Assembly (NCBI GenBank): GCA_035326025.1 | Contig: DAOKYT010000001.1 | Coordinates: 8,163 to 72,162 of the forward strand | Source of the DNA: Tepidiformaceae bacterium | GTDB taxonomy: Bacteria; Chloroflexota; Dehalococcoidia; Tepidiformales; Tepidiformaceae | Length of the DNA: 64,000 nucleotides | Direction: 5' to 3' | Shown: positions 35,836 through 44,410 of the stretch, piece after piece | How positions within the stretch are numbered: position 1 is the first letter of the stretch | Layout of the letters: every line of letters begins with the position of its first letter | Notes under the pieces: generated by a model | The model's database searches: none | The model's input: only the letters and a program-made list of their open reading frames with translations | Told to the model about the DNA's origin: nothing | Translations under genes and position numbers: made by a program

Positions 35836-36090
35836 TCACCTTCCGCTCGCCCGCCGCGAACTGGTGGCCGTCGCGGAAAGGCTCCTCGCGGGGACTGCCG
35901 GCCACCGCCGTGCAGGTTTCGCGGTTCTCGATGCGCGGAAGGACTCGCCCCCGGTGCCGCCCTGGATGTTCTCCTCCACGATGAAGGTGGCCTCACGCCG
36001 AGCGTCGAGGGCGTTCATCACCTCCGGCCGGCTCACGGTGATGGTTGCGACATGGTTATCCACCACCCACGAGATGAACTGCATGGTCAA
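35836..36090 (-). pseudogene. possible decayed gene: crotonase-like N-terminus that loses frame after about 50 codons
   Basis: MQFISWVVDNHVATITVSRPEVMNALD resembles an enoyl-CoA hydratase N-terminus, but the GxGxxFcxGxD region never follows. The G/C-at-position-3 signal switches to another frame near 35930 (..IENRETCTAVAGSPREEPFRDGHQFAAGERKVIFLKHEPGGPWQVD). Confidence 0.3.
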
Positions 36091-36473
36091 TTTTCGATTG
36101 CCGACTTCCGATTTCCGATTGACGCGCGCGCCTTCAGTGTGCGCTTGGATGCGACCGTCATCGCAAGGACCTCATCCGCCTCCTGACGGATTGGGGCGAC
36201 GCGCACTTCAGGGGCGAGTCCACTCGCGACCAGGACGTCCAGCCAGTACAGCGTTTCATCAGCCTCCTCCTCCACGATCCCAAGCTTGGCGATGAGGTCG
36301 TTCACAGACCGGGCTCTGCATGAGGCTCGGTAGTTTGCCCCGACCGAGGTGGCCGACCGAATGAGTTGCCGCGCTATGACGTCCGCAGAACGGGTCCTCG
36401 GCAGTTCGTCGCTCAGCCGGATCGCTGCAAGGCCGATGGCTGTAGCCCGTTTGATGAAGGTCTGCTCATCCAT
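36087..36473 (-). CDS. four-helix-bundle protein (23S rRNA intervening-sequence protein / Avd-like family)
   Basis: Starts MDEQTFIKRATAIGLAAIRLSDELPRTRSADVIARQLIRSATSVGANYRASCRARSVNDLIAKLGIVEEEADETLYWLDVL. The Q-L-x-R-[SA]-[AS]-x-S-x-x-x-N pattern followed by E-E-x-x-E-x-x-x-W is typical of PF05635/TIGR02436 as I recall it. The C-terminal residues ..SIGNRKSAIEN are translated repeat-arm sequence. Confidence 0.78.
   Translation of the reverse strand: MDEQTFIKRATAIGLAAIRLSDELPRTRSADVIARQLIRSATSVGANYRASCRARSVNDLIAKLGIVEEEADETLYWLDVLVASGLAPEVRVAPIRQEADEVLAMTVASKRTLKARASIGNRKSAIEN
36095..36121. repeat. inverted-repeat arm (tandem heptamers), 3' side of the 4HB gene
   Basis: CGATTGC CGACTTC CGATTTC CGATTG. 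Positions 36102-36121 are the perfect reverse complement of 36484-36503. Confidence 0.9.
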
Positions 36474-36483
36474 TTGACCACCC

Positions 36484-36518
36484 CAATCGGAAATCGGAAG
36501 TCGCCGAATCGGCAATCA
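36484..36518. repeat. inverted-repeat arm (tandem heptamers), 5' side of the 4HB gene
   Basis: CAATCGGAAATCGGAAGTCGCCGAATCGGCAATCA. It pairs with 36095-36121 (20 bp perfect, then a bulge, then GATTGCCG). It overlaps the stop codon (36516-36518) of the ThDP enzyme. Confidence 0.9.
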
Positions 36519-38162
36519 CTTGAATTCGTAGCCGCCCTTCACGCCGGCCGGCTCCGGGTCGGTCAGCACGTTCACGCACGCCGGCTTGCCGCTGTTGAAG
36601 GCTCGCTCGATCGCGGCCTTGATCTGCTCCGGGTGTTCCACCAGCTCGCCGTGCCCGCCAAGCCCTTCCACGACCTTGTCGTACCGCGCGTTGTCGCCGA
36701 GCACCGTCGCGGGCGTCCGGCCCTCGCCGTACTGCGCCTTCTGCCCGACATAAATCTGGTGCCAGCAGCGGTCGTTCCCGATGACCGACACGATCGGCAT
36801 CTTAAATCGCACGAAGGTATCGAAGTCGAAGCCGTTCAGCCCGAAGGTCCCGTCGCCATTCACCATCAGGACCTTCTTCTCCGGCACGGCCACGCTCGCC
36901 GCCATGCAGAAGCCCGTGCCGACCCCGAGGGTGCCGAAGGGGCCCGGGTCCATCCACTGGCCGGGGTTGTTCACGGGCAGCACGCTCGCCGCCAGGGCCA
37001 CGATATCGCCGCCATCACCGACGACGATCGTATCGTCGTCCACGAACTCGGCGATTTCCTTACACAGGCGAAGTGGATGGATCGGCACGGCATCCGAGTT
37101 CATGAACACTTCCCGCTGGGCGTCGGCCTGCCCTTCGAGCCCGCGCAAGTACTGCATCCACTCCGCGTGGTTGCCCTTGCCAATCTCCCCCGTGAGTTGC
37201 AACAGCGCCTGCCGGATGTTCGCCTCGATGCCGATAGAGAAATCCCGGTTCCGCCCGATATCGCGGGGGTCGATGTCGATCTGGATGACCTTCGCTTCCG
37301 GGTTCCACGCTGGCGGCTGGCCGTACTTCAGCCGGAAGTCGATCGGCGTCCCCAGGATCACGATCACGTCGGCCTGGGCGAATGCCGGCTTGCGCGAGAG
37401 CGAGAAGAAGTTCGGGTTGTCCTGTCGCAGTGTGCCGCGACCCATCGCGTTCGTGTACACCGGCACATCGGCCGCCTTCGCGAATTCCGCCAGTTCCTTG
37501 TGAGCGCGGTGCCAGAACACCCCCGACCCGGCCATCACCATCGGCTTCGATGCCCCCTTGATCATCGCCGCTGCCTGCCTGATCAGGTTCGGGTCGCCCA
37601 TGATTTCGCCGGTGGGCCGGTAGTTGGCCGGCCATACCACCGAATCCTCATCCACCCGCCCGAAGAGCACGTCCGAAGGCACCTGCAGGAACGTCGGCCC
37701 GTACCGCCCGGTCATCGCCTCGCGGAACGCCATCGCCATGTAGTAGGGCAGCCGGCGCGTCTCGTACACCGTCTGCGACCACTTCGTGATCGGCTGCATC
37801 ATGCCGCCGAGTTCGATGTCCTGGAGCGACCCCATGTCGTACTGGCGGAGCGGCGACCGCCCGCCAATGACTACCATCGGGCTCGATGCCTGGTAGGCAT
37901 TCGCGACCGCGGTCACCACATCGGTTACGCCCGGGCCGGCCGTCACCACAGCCACTCCCGGCTTGAACGTGATGCGCGAGTACCCGTCGGCCGCATGCCC
38001 GGCCGATTGCTCGTGCCGCGTGTCCACGATCCCGATGCCGTTGTTCAGGCAACCCTCGTAGATGTTCTGCACATGGCCGCCAGAGAGCGTAAAGATGTGG
38101 CCGATGCCTTCCTGCTTGATCATGCGCGCGATGATTTCGCCGCCGTCGATCATGTTTCCCAT
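36516..38162 (-). CDS. thiamine-diphosphate-dependent enzyme (acetolactate synthase large subunit / oxalyl-CoA decarboxylase / 2-hydroxyacyl-CoA lyase family)
   Basis: Start trimmed to [30 protein letters not shown] (GAGGAA RBS); the upstream 235 codons of the ORF-track frame are not protein-like. ThDP motif GDGGD..(x)..[12 protein letters not shown]-like region. 548 aa. Confidence 0.88.
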   Translation of the reverse strand: MGNMIDGGEIIARMIKQEGIGHIFTLSGGHVQNIYEGCLNNGIGIVDTRHEQSAGHAADGYSRITFKPGVAVVTAGPGVTDVVTAVANAYQASSPMVVIGGRSPLRQYDMGSLQDIELGGMMQPITKWSQTVYETRRLPYYMAMAFREAMTGRYGPTFLQVPSDVLFGRVDEDSVVWPANYRPTGEIMGDPNLIRQAAAMIKGASKPMVMAGSGVFWHRAHKELAEFAKAADVPVYTNAMGRGTLRQDNPNFFSLSRKPAFAQADVIVILGTPIDFRLKYGQPPAWNPEAKVIQIDIDPRDIGRNRDFSIGIEANIRQALLQLTGEIGKGNHAEWMQYLRGLEGQADAQREVFMNSDAVPIHPLRLCKEIAEFVDDDTIVVGDGGDIVALAASVLPVNNPGQWMDPGPFGTLGVGTGFCMAASVAVPEKKVLMVNGDGTFGLNGFDFDTFVRFKMPIVSVIGNDRCWHQIYVGQKAQYGEGRTPATVLGDNARYDKVVEGLGGHGELVEHPEQIKAAIERAFNSGKPACVNVLTDPEPAGVKGGYEFK

Positions 38163-38273
38163 GGATGGGGTTCCTCGCGATTCGGTGAAAATGTGGGGCG
38201 AGTATAGCCGCGCCGGGCACGGGTGTCCGGGCTTGTCCTGTGGGAAAGTACCGGTAGGAGGGAACGGAATACC

Positions 38274-38558
38274 GTGAGTCATACCAGGGTCGCCATCTCG
38301 CTCCCGGACGGGATATTCGAGCAGCTCCGGCAGTACGCCGCCGATGCCGCGTTGCCCAGGAGCACAGTCGTGGCACGCGCACTCGCCGCGTATTTCGACA
38401 GGTGCGACGCCATCGCATTCGAGCGCCAGATGGACGAGACGTGGTCCGGACTCTCGGAGGCCGAGGTCGAGGCGGAGCTCGAACCCCTCCGCTCCGCCGG
38501 GCGCTCTTTGCATCGCCGGCTTGCCGCCCTGGAGCAGGTCCCGTGGGAGGCGAACTGA
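38274..38558 (+). CDS. ribbon-helix-helix (CopG/MazE-like) antitoxin
   Basis: VSHTRVAISLPDGIFEQLRQYAADAALPRSTVVARALAAYF has the RHH beta-alpha-alpha pattern. GTG 38274 lies after AGGAGGG. The 3' end overlaps the toxin start. Confidence 0.62.
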   Translation: MSHTRVAISLPDGIFEQLRQYAADAALPRSTVVARALAAYFDRCDAIAFERQMDETWSGLSEAEVEAELEPLRSAGRSLHRRLAALEQVPWEAN

Positions 38559-38901
38559 AACAGGGCGAGGTCTGGTGGGTTGACGACTCAGAGCCCCGGG
38601 GTTCCGAGCCGGGGTACCGGCGCCCCTGGGCTGGGCGTGCAGAACAACCGCACCAACGCCACGGCTATCCGCACGGTGCTCATGCGTCCCCTTACCACCA
38701 AACGGCACACGGCACGGGCTCCCGGGAACGTCCTCCTCGCCGATGGTGAGGCGGGCCTTTCGCGCGAGAGTGTCGTCGTTGTCTCGGGGCTCAGCGCCCA
38801 TGATCGCCAGCAACTGGATGAGCTGATGGGGGAGCCCGGCCAGGCTCGGCCAGGTTCTCTCCGGCATTGTCCTGCTGCTCGAACCCCATGACGACCTCTG
38901 A
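38543..38901 (+). pseudogene. mazF: MazF/PemK-family toxin disrupted by two +1 frameshifts
   Basis: Three consecutive frames each carry a collinear MazF-like piece. They are VGGELKQGEVWWVDDSEPRGSEPGYRRP (to about 38626); GLGVQNNRTNATAIRTVLMRPLTTKRHTARAPGNVLLADGEAGLSRESVVVVSGLSAHDRQQLDELMG (to about 38831); and SPARLGQVLSGIVLLLEPHDDL* (stop at 38899-38901). The second shift lies in a GGGGG run. Removing 2 nt gives a 118-aa ORF. Confidence 0.6.
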
Positions 38902-38903
38902 GG

Positions 38904-39623
38904 TTACAGCTTCGCCCGGAGCCACTCCTCGGCCGCGCGGATCATATCCGGGCCAATCTCGAAGTGGCCGCCCGGCAGCCACCGGATGTCCTTTTCGCCG
39001 GGAAGCGCGTTGTACAGGGACTCTGTTCGTTCCCGCGAGATGAGCTCGTCCTGGAGCTTCGCCACCACTCGTACCGCCACGCCAGATAACCGCGGCACAT
39101 CGGCCTCCGGCCCATCGACCCGGCCCACCAGCCCACCTTCGCCGACAAGACAAAACGCGGCGGCCTTGAACCGCCCGTCTCGCGCGATCGCCGGGATGCC
39201 GAGCATGCTTCCCAGCGAGTAGCCGACGAAGCCAAGCCGTTCCATGTCCACCGGCAGAGCGCCTGCCAGCAGGTCGATCATCCGCGAAACCTCGGTCGCG
39301 AATTGCGTGCGGATCGCCGCGTGCTGCCCGGTTTGCCGGAAGAGCGCCATCGGGTCGTGCGATGTCCGGTCGCCGTGCAGCGGCGCATCGAGCCCCACGC
39401 AGATCCATCCGCGTTTTGCCCAGCCGCGGCCCACCTCCGCCACGAAGTAATCCTCTTTGCTGCCCATGCCGGGATGCTGGATGAGCACCATAGGCATGGG
39501 CTCGGTGGCACCCGTGGGAAGGTAGGCGAGACCGGGCACCGTCTCGCTCTCGACCTCGAAGCTAAACGAGATCTCCCGCAAGTCGCCGAGGATCGATTCG
39601 CGCATCTGTAATGGATTTGTCAT
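38904..39623 (-). CDS. alpha/beta hydrolase (dienelactone-hydrolase-like)
   Basis: 239 aa. Contains PMVLIQHPGMGSKED, the nucleophile elbow GYSLGS, and C-terminal ..LPGGHFE. Confidence 0.8.
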   Translation of the reverse strand: MTNPLQMRESILGDLREISFSFEVESETVPGLAYLPTGATEPMPMVLIQHPGMGSKEDYFVAEVGRGWAKRGWICVGLDAPLHGDRTSHDPMALFRQTGQHAAIRTQFATEVSRMIDLLAGALPVDMERLGFVGYSLGSMLGIPAIARDGRFKAAAFCLVGEGGLVGRVDGPEADVPRLSGVAVRVVAKLQDELISRERTESLYNALPGEKDIRWLPGGHFEIGPDMIRAAEEWLRAKL

Positions 39624-39879
39624 GTGGTCCTCAATCTACCGTGCCGAAAGGGGCCCTGTCGCGCCTCTTGACGCTTGCGAACCCTGAGCGAAGATGCCGG
39701 GAGCGACACCAATCGCGACGCCTAGTCCGCTTCGGCGGGACGGGGGACCCAGTTCTCGGGGCGAATTCGCAAGGGCGGCTTCCCGGTGGGAGCCGGCGAC
39801 GGCGAAACGGCTATCTCCGGCCGTAGCCCGGCAGCTAACCTCGGCGGCGTGGGAAGACCTCATTCGAGGCCTCCTGTCC

Positions 39880-41634
39880 ATGGCCCTCAGGGCTCGCGTC
39901 ACCCCGACGGCGCGGTTCCACAGCGCCTCAGCCCCGGAATTGCCGGTGTACGCACCGTCCCTCTTCCGCGAGCGCCTGTGGAACCTCCTGCCACTGTCAC
40001 TGTCGCTGCTGCTTGTCAGTTTCATCTTCTGGGGCCCGTTCCATGCGCCCGTCGCCTTCGCCGCGCTGAGCATGGCATTCTTCACCTACTGGTTCGTTCG
40101 GTCATACTCGGTTGCCGTCGCCTGCGTCTACGGACTGACGGTCATTCGCCGCTGGAAGCGGACCGACTGGCGGGCCCCCCCCCCCGCGCGGGCCGCCTCC
40201 CCGCCCGGTAACGAGCCCCCGGATTGGCCCCGCCCCCCCGCCATCATCCCCCACCACAAGGAGGGCGAGCCCGGCCTCAGCCGCACCCTCGATTCGCTCG
40301 CCGCCCAGGCGAATGCCTCCCAGCTCGTGATCGTGATGGCCATGGAGGCCCGCGAAGCCGGCGCCCACGAAAAGGCAGCCCGGTTGGTCGATCGCTACCG
40401 CCCAAACTTCGCCAACATGCTGGCGACCTTCCACCCCGAAGGGCTACCCAACGAAACACCCGGCAAAGGATCGAATGAGGCCTGGGCCGCCCGCGAGGCC
40501 TACATCCATCTGATTGAGGACGGCCGCGACGACATCTCCCGCTACACCGTCACCAGTTGCGATGCCGATGCTGTCTTCCACCCGCGCCATTTCGAGGCGC
40601 TCAACTACCTGTTCCTCACCGCCCGCGACCGCTACCGGACCTTCTGGCAGCCGACCATCTTCAACAGCAACAACATCTGGGATATCCCCGCGCCCCTGCG
40701 CATTCCCGATGGACTTTCGGGCATCAACCGCCTCTCCAACCTGCTCCTCCCGGGCAGCGTAAAATTCCCGACCAGCTGCTATTCGCTCAGCTGGCAAATG
40801 CTGGACGAGGTCGATTACTGGGACGAGGAAGTCATCCCCGAGGACTGGCACCTCTATCTGAAATGCTCCTATGCCCTGGGCGATCGCGTCCATGTCGAGT
40901 CGATCTTCCTCCCGCTCGGAAACGACTGCGTGTTGACCGACGGGTACTGGAAGACCCTCAAGGCGCATTACGCCCAGAGCGTTCGCCACGCCTGGGGCGC
41001 CAGCGATATTCCCTACGCCTGGCGAGGCGCCCTCAACCCGCGGTCCCCGCTCGGCTGGCCTCGCAAGCTCCTGCTCGCGGCCGCCGTCACCAAGGTCCAT
41101 GTCCTCTGGGTCGCCCAGTGGTACGTGGTTACCCTGGGCCTGATGCTCCCGTCGAAAATGGCGGGAAGCATGGGCGCTCCCTTGCCCCGGTGGTGGACCC
41201 ATCGCTATCCCGTTCCCGGCCCCGGCTGGCATCCCGAGAACATCGTGCAGCTCTCCAGCTGGGACAACTTCGACCGGACCGGCCTGGTCGAGCCAACGAT
41301 GTGGCTGAATCTCCCCGGCGTGCTCATCGCCCTCTGCATCTTCCCCCTGCTGACAATGATCGTCCTCGAACTCATCCAGCGCGGGAAGCGGCCCACGTAT
41401 GTCTCCCGCTGGACCTATGTCTCCGGGCTCCTGATGTGGCCCCTCATGGCGGTGATCACCTTCTTCTTCGCCAGCCTGCCGGCACTCCACGCCCAGTGGA
41501 AGCTTGCCAGCGGAAGGGGGCTCGTCTATCGCGTGGCCGAAAAGGGCAGCCGTGCGGTCCCGGTTGTCGCCCAGATCCAGGCAGCTCACCCGGTGGAGGC
41601 CGAGGCCATCACTATCGCCGGTGGTGGCCAGTAG
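39880..41634 (+). CDS. membrane glycosyltransferase, family 2-like
   Basis: N-terminal TM helices, a GT-A core (..VTSCDADAVFHP.., ..EDWHLYLK.. resembling a Q/ExxRW-type region) and C-terminal TM helices. Start uncertain; ATG 39880 chosen because the upstream part of the frame is low-complexity. Confidence 0.68.
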   Translation: MALRARVTPTARFHSASAPELPVYAPSLFRERLWNLLPLSLSLLLVSFIFWGPFHAPVAFAALSMAFFTYWFVRSYSVAVACVYGLTVIRRWKRTDWRAPPPARAASPPGNEPPDWPRPPAIIPHHKEGEPGLSRTLDSLAAQANASQLVIVMAMEAREAGAHEKAARLVDRYRPNFANMLATFHPEGLPNETPGKGSNEAWAAREAYIHLIEDGRDDISRYTVTSCDADAVFHPRHFEALNYLFLTARDRYRTFWQPTIFNSNNIWDIPAPLRIPDGLSGINRLSNLLLPGSVKFPTSCYSLSWQMLDEVDYWDEEVIPEDWHLYLKCSYALGDRVHVESIFLPLGNDCVLTDGYWKTLKAHYAQSVRHAWGASDIPYAWRGALNPRSPLGWPRKLLLAAAVTKVHVLWVAQWYVVTLGLMLPSKMAGSMGAPLPRWWTHRYPVPGPGWHPENIVQLSSWDNFDRTGLVEPTMWLNLPGVLIALCIFPLLTMIVLELIQRGKRPTYVSRWTYVSGLLMWPLMAVITFFFASLPALHAQWKLASGRGLVYRVAEKGSRAVPVVAQIQAAHPVEAEAITIAGGGQ

Positions 41635-41671
41635 CCATTGCCCCTCTCACCCGCCCCGCGAACAGGCCCTG

Positions 41672-42730
41672 TCACCCGCCCGCCAGGGCCTGGCTTTTCT
41701 CCACCCGGATCTGGACCGCCGCGCCTTCATCCAGCCCCTCTGGCGCCGGTTGCAACGGGAACTCCAGCCGCCCCGCGGCCGATTCGACCACGAGCCGCGT
41801 CAGCCCGCCCAGGAACACCCGCGCGATGACCTTCGCGTGCACCACGTTCGGTCCACCGGTTTCCACCACGCGGGCACCCTCGGGCCGGAGCAGCAGGCGC
41901 ACCGGCCCGGGCTCGCCGGGAACCGGCCCGAACGTCCCGGCCCGCGTTTCGACCATCCCCCGCGCGTCACGATGTCCGTCGACGATGTTCTCGAGTCCGA
42001 GGAACCGCGCCACGAATTCGGTTCCCGGCTCGCCGTGGACCTCCCCCGGGGTCCCCTCCCGCACCACCTGGCCGGCCCGCATGATGGCGATCCGGCCGGC
42101 AACTGTAAACGCCTCGAACTGGTCGTGCGTCACGTACACCGCCGGGATGGCGAGGTGGCGCAGGATCTCGCGCAACTCGACGACGAGGTGCTCGCGCAGC
42201 CCCCGGTCGAGCGACCCGAGGGGCTCGTCCAGCATCAACAGCCGCGGCTCTGGCGCCAGCGCGCGAGCCAGCGCGACCCGCTGACGTTCGCCCCCGGAGA
42301 GCCCCTCCAGGGATCGCCGGGCGAATCCCGAAAGCCCAACTGTCTCGAGGAGGCTGGCCACCCGCCGCTCCCGCCTTTCCTTGGCCCACCCGAGCCGCCG
42401 CAGACCGAAGTCGACGTTGTGCTCCACATCCATGTGGGGGAAGAGGGCGTGGTCCTGGAACATGAGGCCAAAGCCGCGCCGGTGCGGCGGGAGGCCGCCT
42501 ACATCGGCGCCATCGAACAACACCTGCCCGCCGGACGGCCGTTCCAGCCCGGCGATCACGCGGAGCATGGTGGTCTTGCCGCAACCACTGGGGCCCAGCA
42601 GGGCGACTGTCTGGCGCGGCGCTACCCGCAGGTTTGCTCCACGCAGGATGTGCGCGCCGCCCGCGCGGAACTGCGCGTCCCGGACTTCCAGGCCTTCAGC
42701 CACGGCGGCGCTCGCCCCGCCGGTGCTCAA
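41672..42730 (-). CDS. thiQ: ABC transporter ATP-binding protein (thiamine/Fe3+-type importer)
   Basis: Walker A GPSGCGKTT, signature LSGGERQRVALARAL, Walker B LLMLDEP. C-terminal TOBE-like extension. Confidence 0.82.
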   Translation of the reverse strand: MSTGGASAAVAEGLEVRDAQFRAGGAHILRGANLRVAPRQTVALLGPSGCGKTTMLRVIAGLERPSGGQVLFDGADVGGLPPHRRGFGLMFQDHALFPHMDVEHNVDFGLRRLGWAKERRERRVASLLETVGLSGFARRSLEGLSGGERQRVALARALAPEPRLLMLDEPLGSLDRGLREHLVVELREILRHLAIPAVYVTHDQFEAFTVAGRIAIMRAGQVVREGTPGEVHGEPGTEFVARFLGLENIVDGHRDARGMVETRAGTFGPVPGEPGPVRLLLRPEGARVVETGGPNVVHAKVIARVFLGGLTRLVVESAAGRLEFPLQPAPEGLDEGAAVQIRVEKSQALAGG

Positions 42731-42733
42731 GGG

Positions 42734-44410
42734 TCAGAATCCCCCGAACTCACGGTATCGCAGCCTGTCGATGATGAAGAATCCGGCCGCCGTCACGGCC
42801 ATCAGGATAGTCGCCATCGCCAGCGCCTGCCCGTAGTTCAGCGCCCCCGGTTGCCCGAGGTATCGAAAGACCGCGAGCGGGATGGTCGGGTATTCGGGCC
42901 GGGCGATGAGCAGCGTGGCCCCGAACTCTCCCATCGAGACCGCGAACGCGAACACGCCACCGGCCAACATCGAGCGCCACGTGAGCGGCAGGTCGATCGC
43001 GATGAACGTCCGGACCGGCGTCGCGCCGAGCATTGCGGCCGCCTCGCGCAGGCGCGGGTCGAGCGACCGCAGTTGCGCGGCAACCGTCCTGGCAACGAAG
43101 GGCAGGGCGACCAGCGAATGCGCGATCACCACCATCGCCGGGCTCCCCCGGAGGTCGAGCGGCGGCCGGTCCAGCGTTATCAGAAAGCCAAGCCCCAGCG
43201 ATACCGCCGAAACGCCGAGCGGAAGCTGGATGACCGCCTCCGCCAGCGAGGACCGCATCCTGGTGGCCCCGTGCGCCGCCGCTGTCCCCAGTGGCAGGGC
43301 GATGAGCATGGTCAGGAGCGCGAAAGTCACGGAATTGCGCACCGCCGTAAGCGGCGCAACGAACAGGATCTGCTGGCGCACGTTGTCGTCGAGACGCCGG
43401 TAGTACTCGAGGGTGTAACCGCCGTCGCCGTGGATGGATCGTTCCGCCAGCGCGGCCAGCGGGAGGATGGTCAGGCCGGCCACTGCCGCGATGATCGATG
43501 CGACGGCCACGCGCCTGGCCGGCGTCCATGCCAGCGTTCGCCGCCGCATCGCGCCCGGCTGGGCAGTCCGCCGCTGGAGCGCAGCGTTCACCCACATCAT
43601 CGCGAACGTGGCGGCGAGCTGCGCGAGCGCCAGTGTCGCGGCGACCGGCAAACGGAACAGGAACAGCGTCTCGCGATAGATTTCCGTCTCAATCGTCCCG
43701 AACTCCGGGCCACCGAGAATCAGCACGACGCCAAAGCTCGTGAAGCAAAAGAGGAACACCAGGGAACCCGCCGCCAGGATGGGCGTGCGCAACAACGGCA
43801 GCGTCACCCGCACGAACGTCGTGACCTTGCCCGCGCCGAGCATCGCCGCGGCGTCTTCGAGCCGCGTATCGACTCGTGCCCACGACACGGAGATGATCCG
43901 CGCCGCAAGCGCCACGTTGTAAAAGACATGGGCGATGAGGATCGCCCAGATGGTGTTGAGCAGGCGGATCGGCGGCTCTTCGAGGCCGAACACCGACTGC
44001 AACGCATCGTTCGCGATGCCCCGCGGGCCCAGCAATGCCGTGAATGCGACCGCCACCACGATGGTCGGCAACACGAAGGGCACGGTGATGAGGGCCTCCA
44101 GCGCCGCCTTTCCCCGAAACTCGTAGCAGGCCAGCACGTATGCCACCGGAATCGCTAATGCGAGTGTGATGACCGACGAGACCGTGGCCTGCCAGGCCGT
44201 GAACCAGGCCCGCTCCAGGAAGTACGCGTCCTCAACGAGCGGCTCGATGCCGCCACCGTGCGCGAACGACTCGCGCACAATGCCCTGGAGCGGGTACGCC
44301 AGGAATACGGCGAAGAAGACCAGCGCCGGCCCCAGGAGCGCCAGCGCCGCCTTCCGGTCCCGGAACCAGGTCCTCAGCGGAGGACCGCCTTCGTCCACTC
44401 GTCGATCCAC
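42734..44410 (-). CDS. thiP: ABC transporter permease, duplicated (two-domain) ThiP/FbpB-type
   Basis: 558 aa with two permease halves, each carrying an EAA-like loop (LEDAAAMLGAGKVTTFVRVTLP and LREAAAMLGATPVRTFIAIDLP). Confidence 0.82.
   Translation of the reverse strand: MDRRVDEGGPPLRTWFRDRKAALALLGPALVFFAVFLAYPLQGIVRESFAHGGGIEPLVEDAYFLERAWFTAWQATVSSVITLALAIPVAYVLACYEFRGKAALEALITVPFVLPTIVVAVAFTALLGPRGIANDALQSVFGLEEPPIRLLNTIWAILIAHVFYNVALAARIISVSWARVDTRLEDAAAMLGAGKVTTFVRVTLPLLRTPILAAGSLVFLFCFTSFGVVLILGGPEFGTIETEIYRETLFLFRLPVAATLALAQLAATFAMMWVNAALQRRTAQPGAMRRRTLAWTPARRVAVASIIAAVAGLTILPLAALAERSIHGDGGYTLEYYRRLDDNVRQQILFVAPLTAVRNSVTFALLTMLIALPLGTAAAHGATRMRSSLAEAVIQLPLGVSAVSLGLGFLITLDRPPLDLRGSPAMVVIAHSLVALPFVARTVAAQLRSLDPRLREAAAMLGATPVRTFIAIDLPLTWRSMLAGGVFAFAVSMGEFGATLLIARPEYPTIPLAVFRYLGQPGALNYGQALAMATILMAVTAAGFFIIDRLRYREFGGF

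Noticed and set aside
36366-38207. 613-aa plus-strand ORF.
   Set aside because: It is antisense to the well-supported ThDP enzyme. The product is Arg/His/Pro-rich with no recognisable motif.
38163-38867. N-terminal 235-codon extension of the ThDP enzyme in the ORF track (36516-38867).
   Set aside because: The extension is not protein-like and would overlap the divergent RHH/mazF locus. A good RBS and the canonical family N-terminus occur at ATG 38162.
41504-44158. 884-aa plus-strand ORF.
   Set aside because: It is antisense to the thiQ/thiP ABC genes. Its composition is extremely Arg/Gln/Pro-rich and not protein-like.
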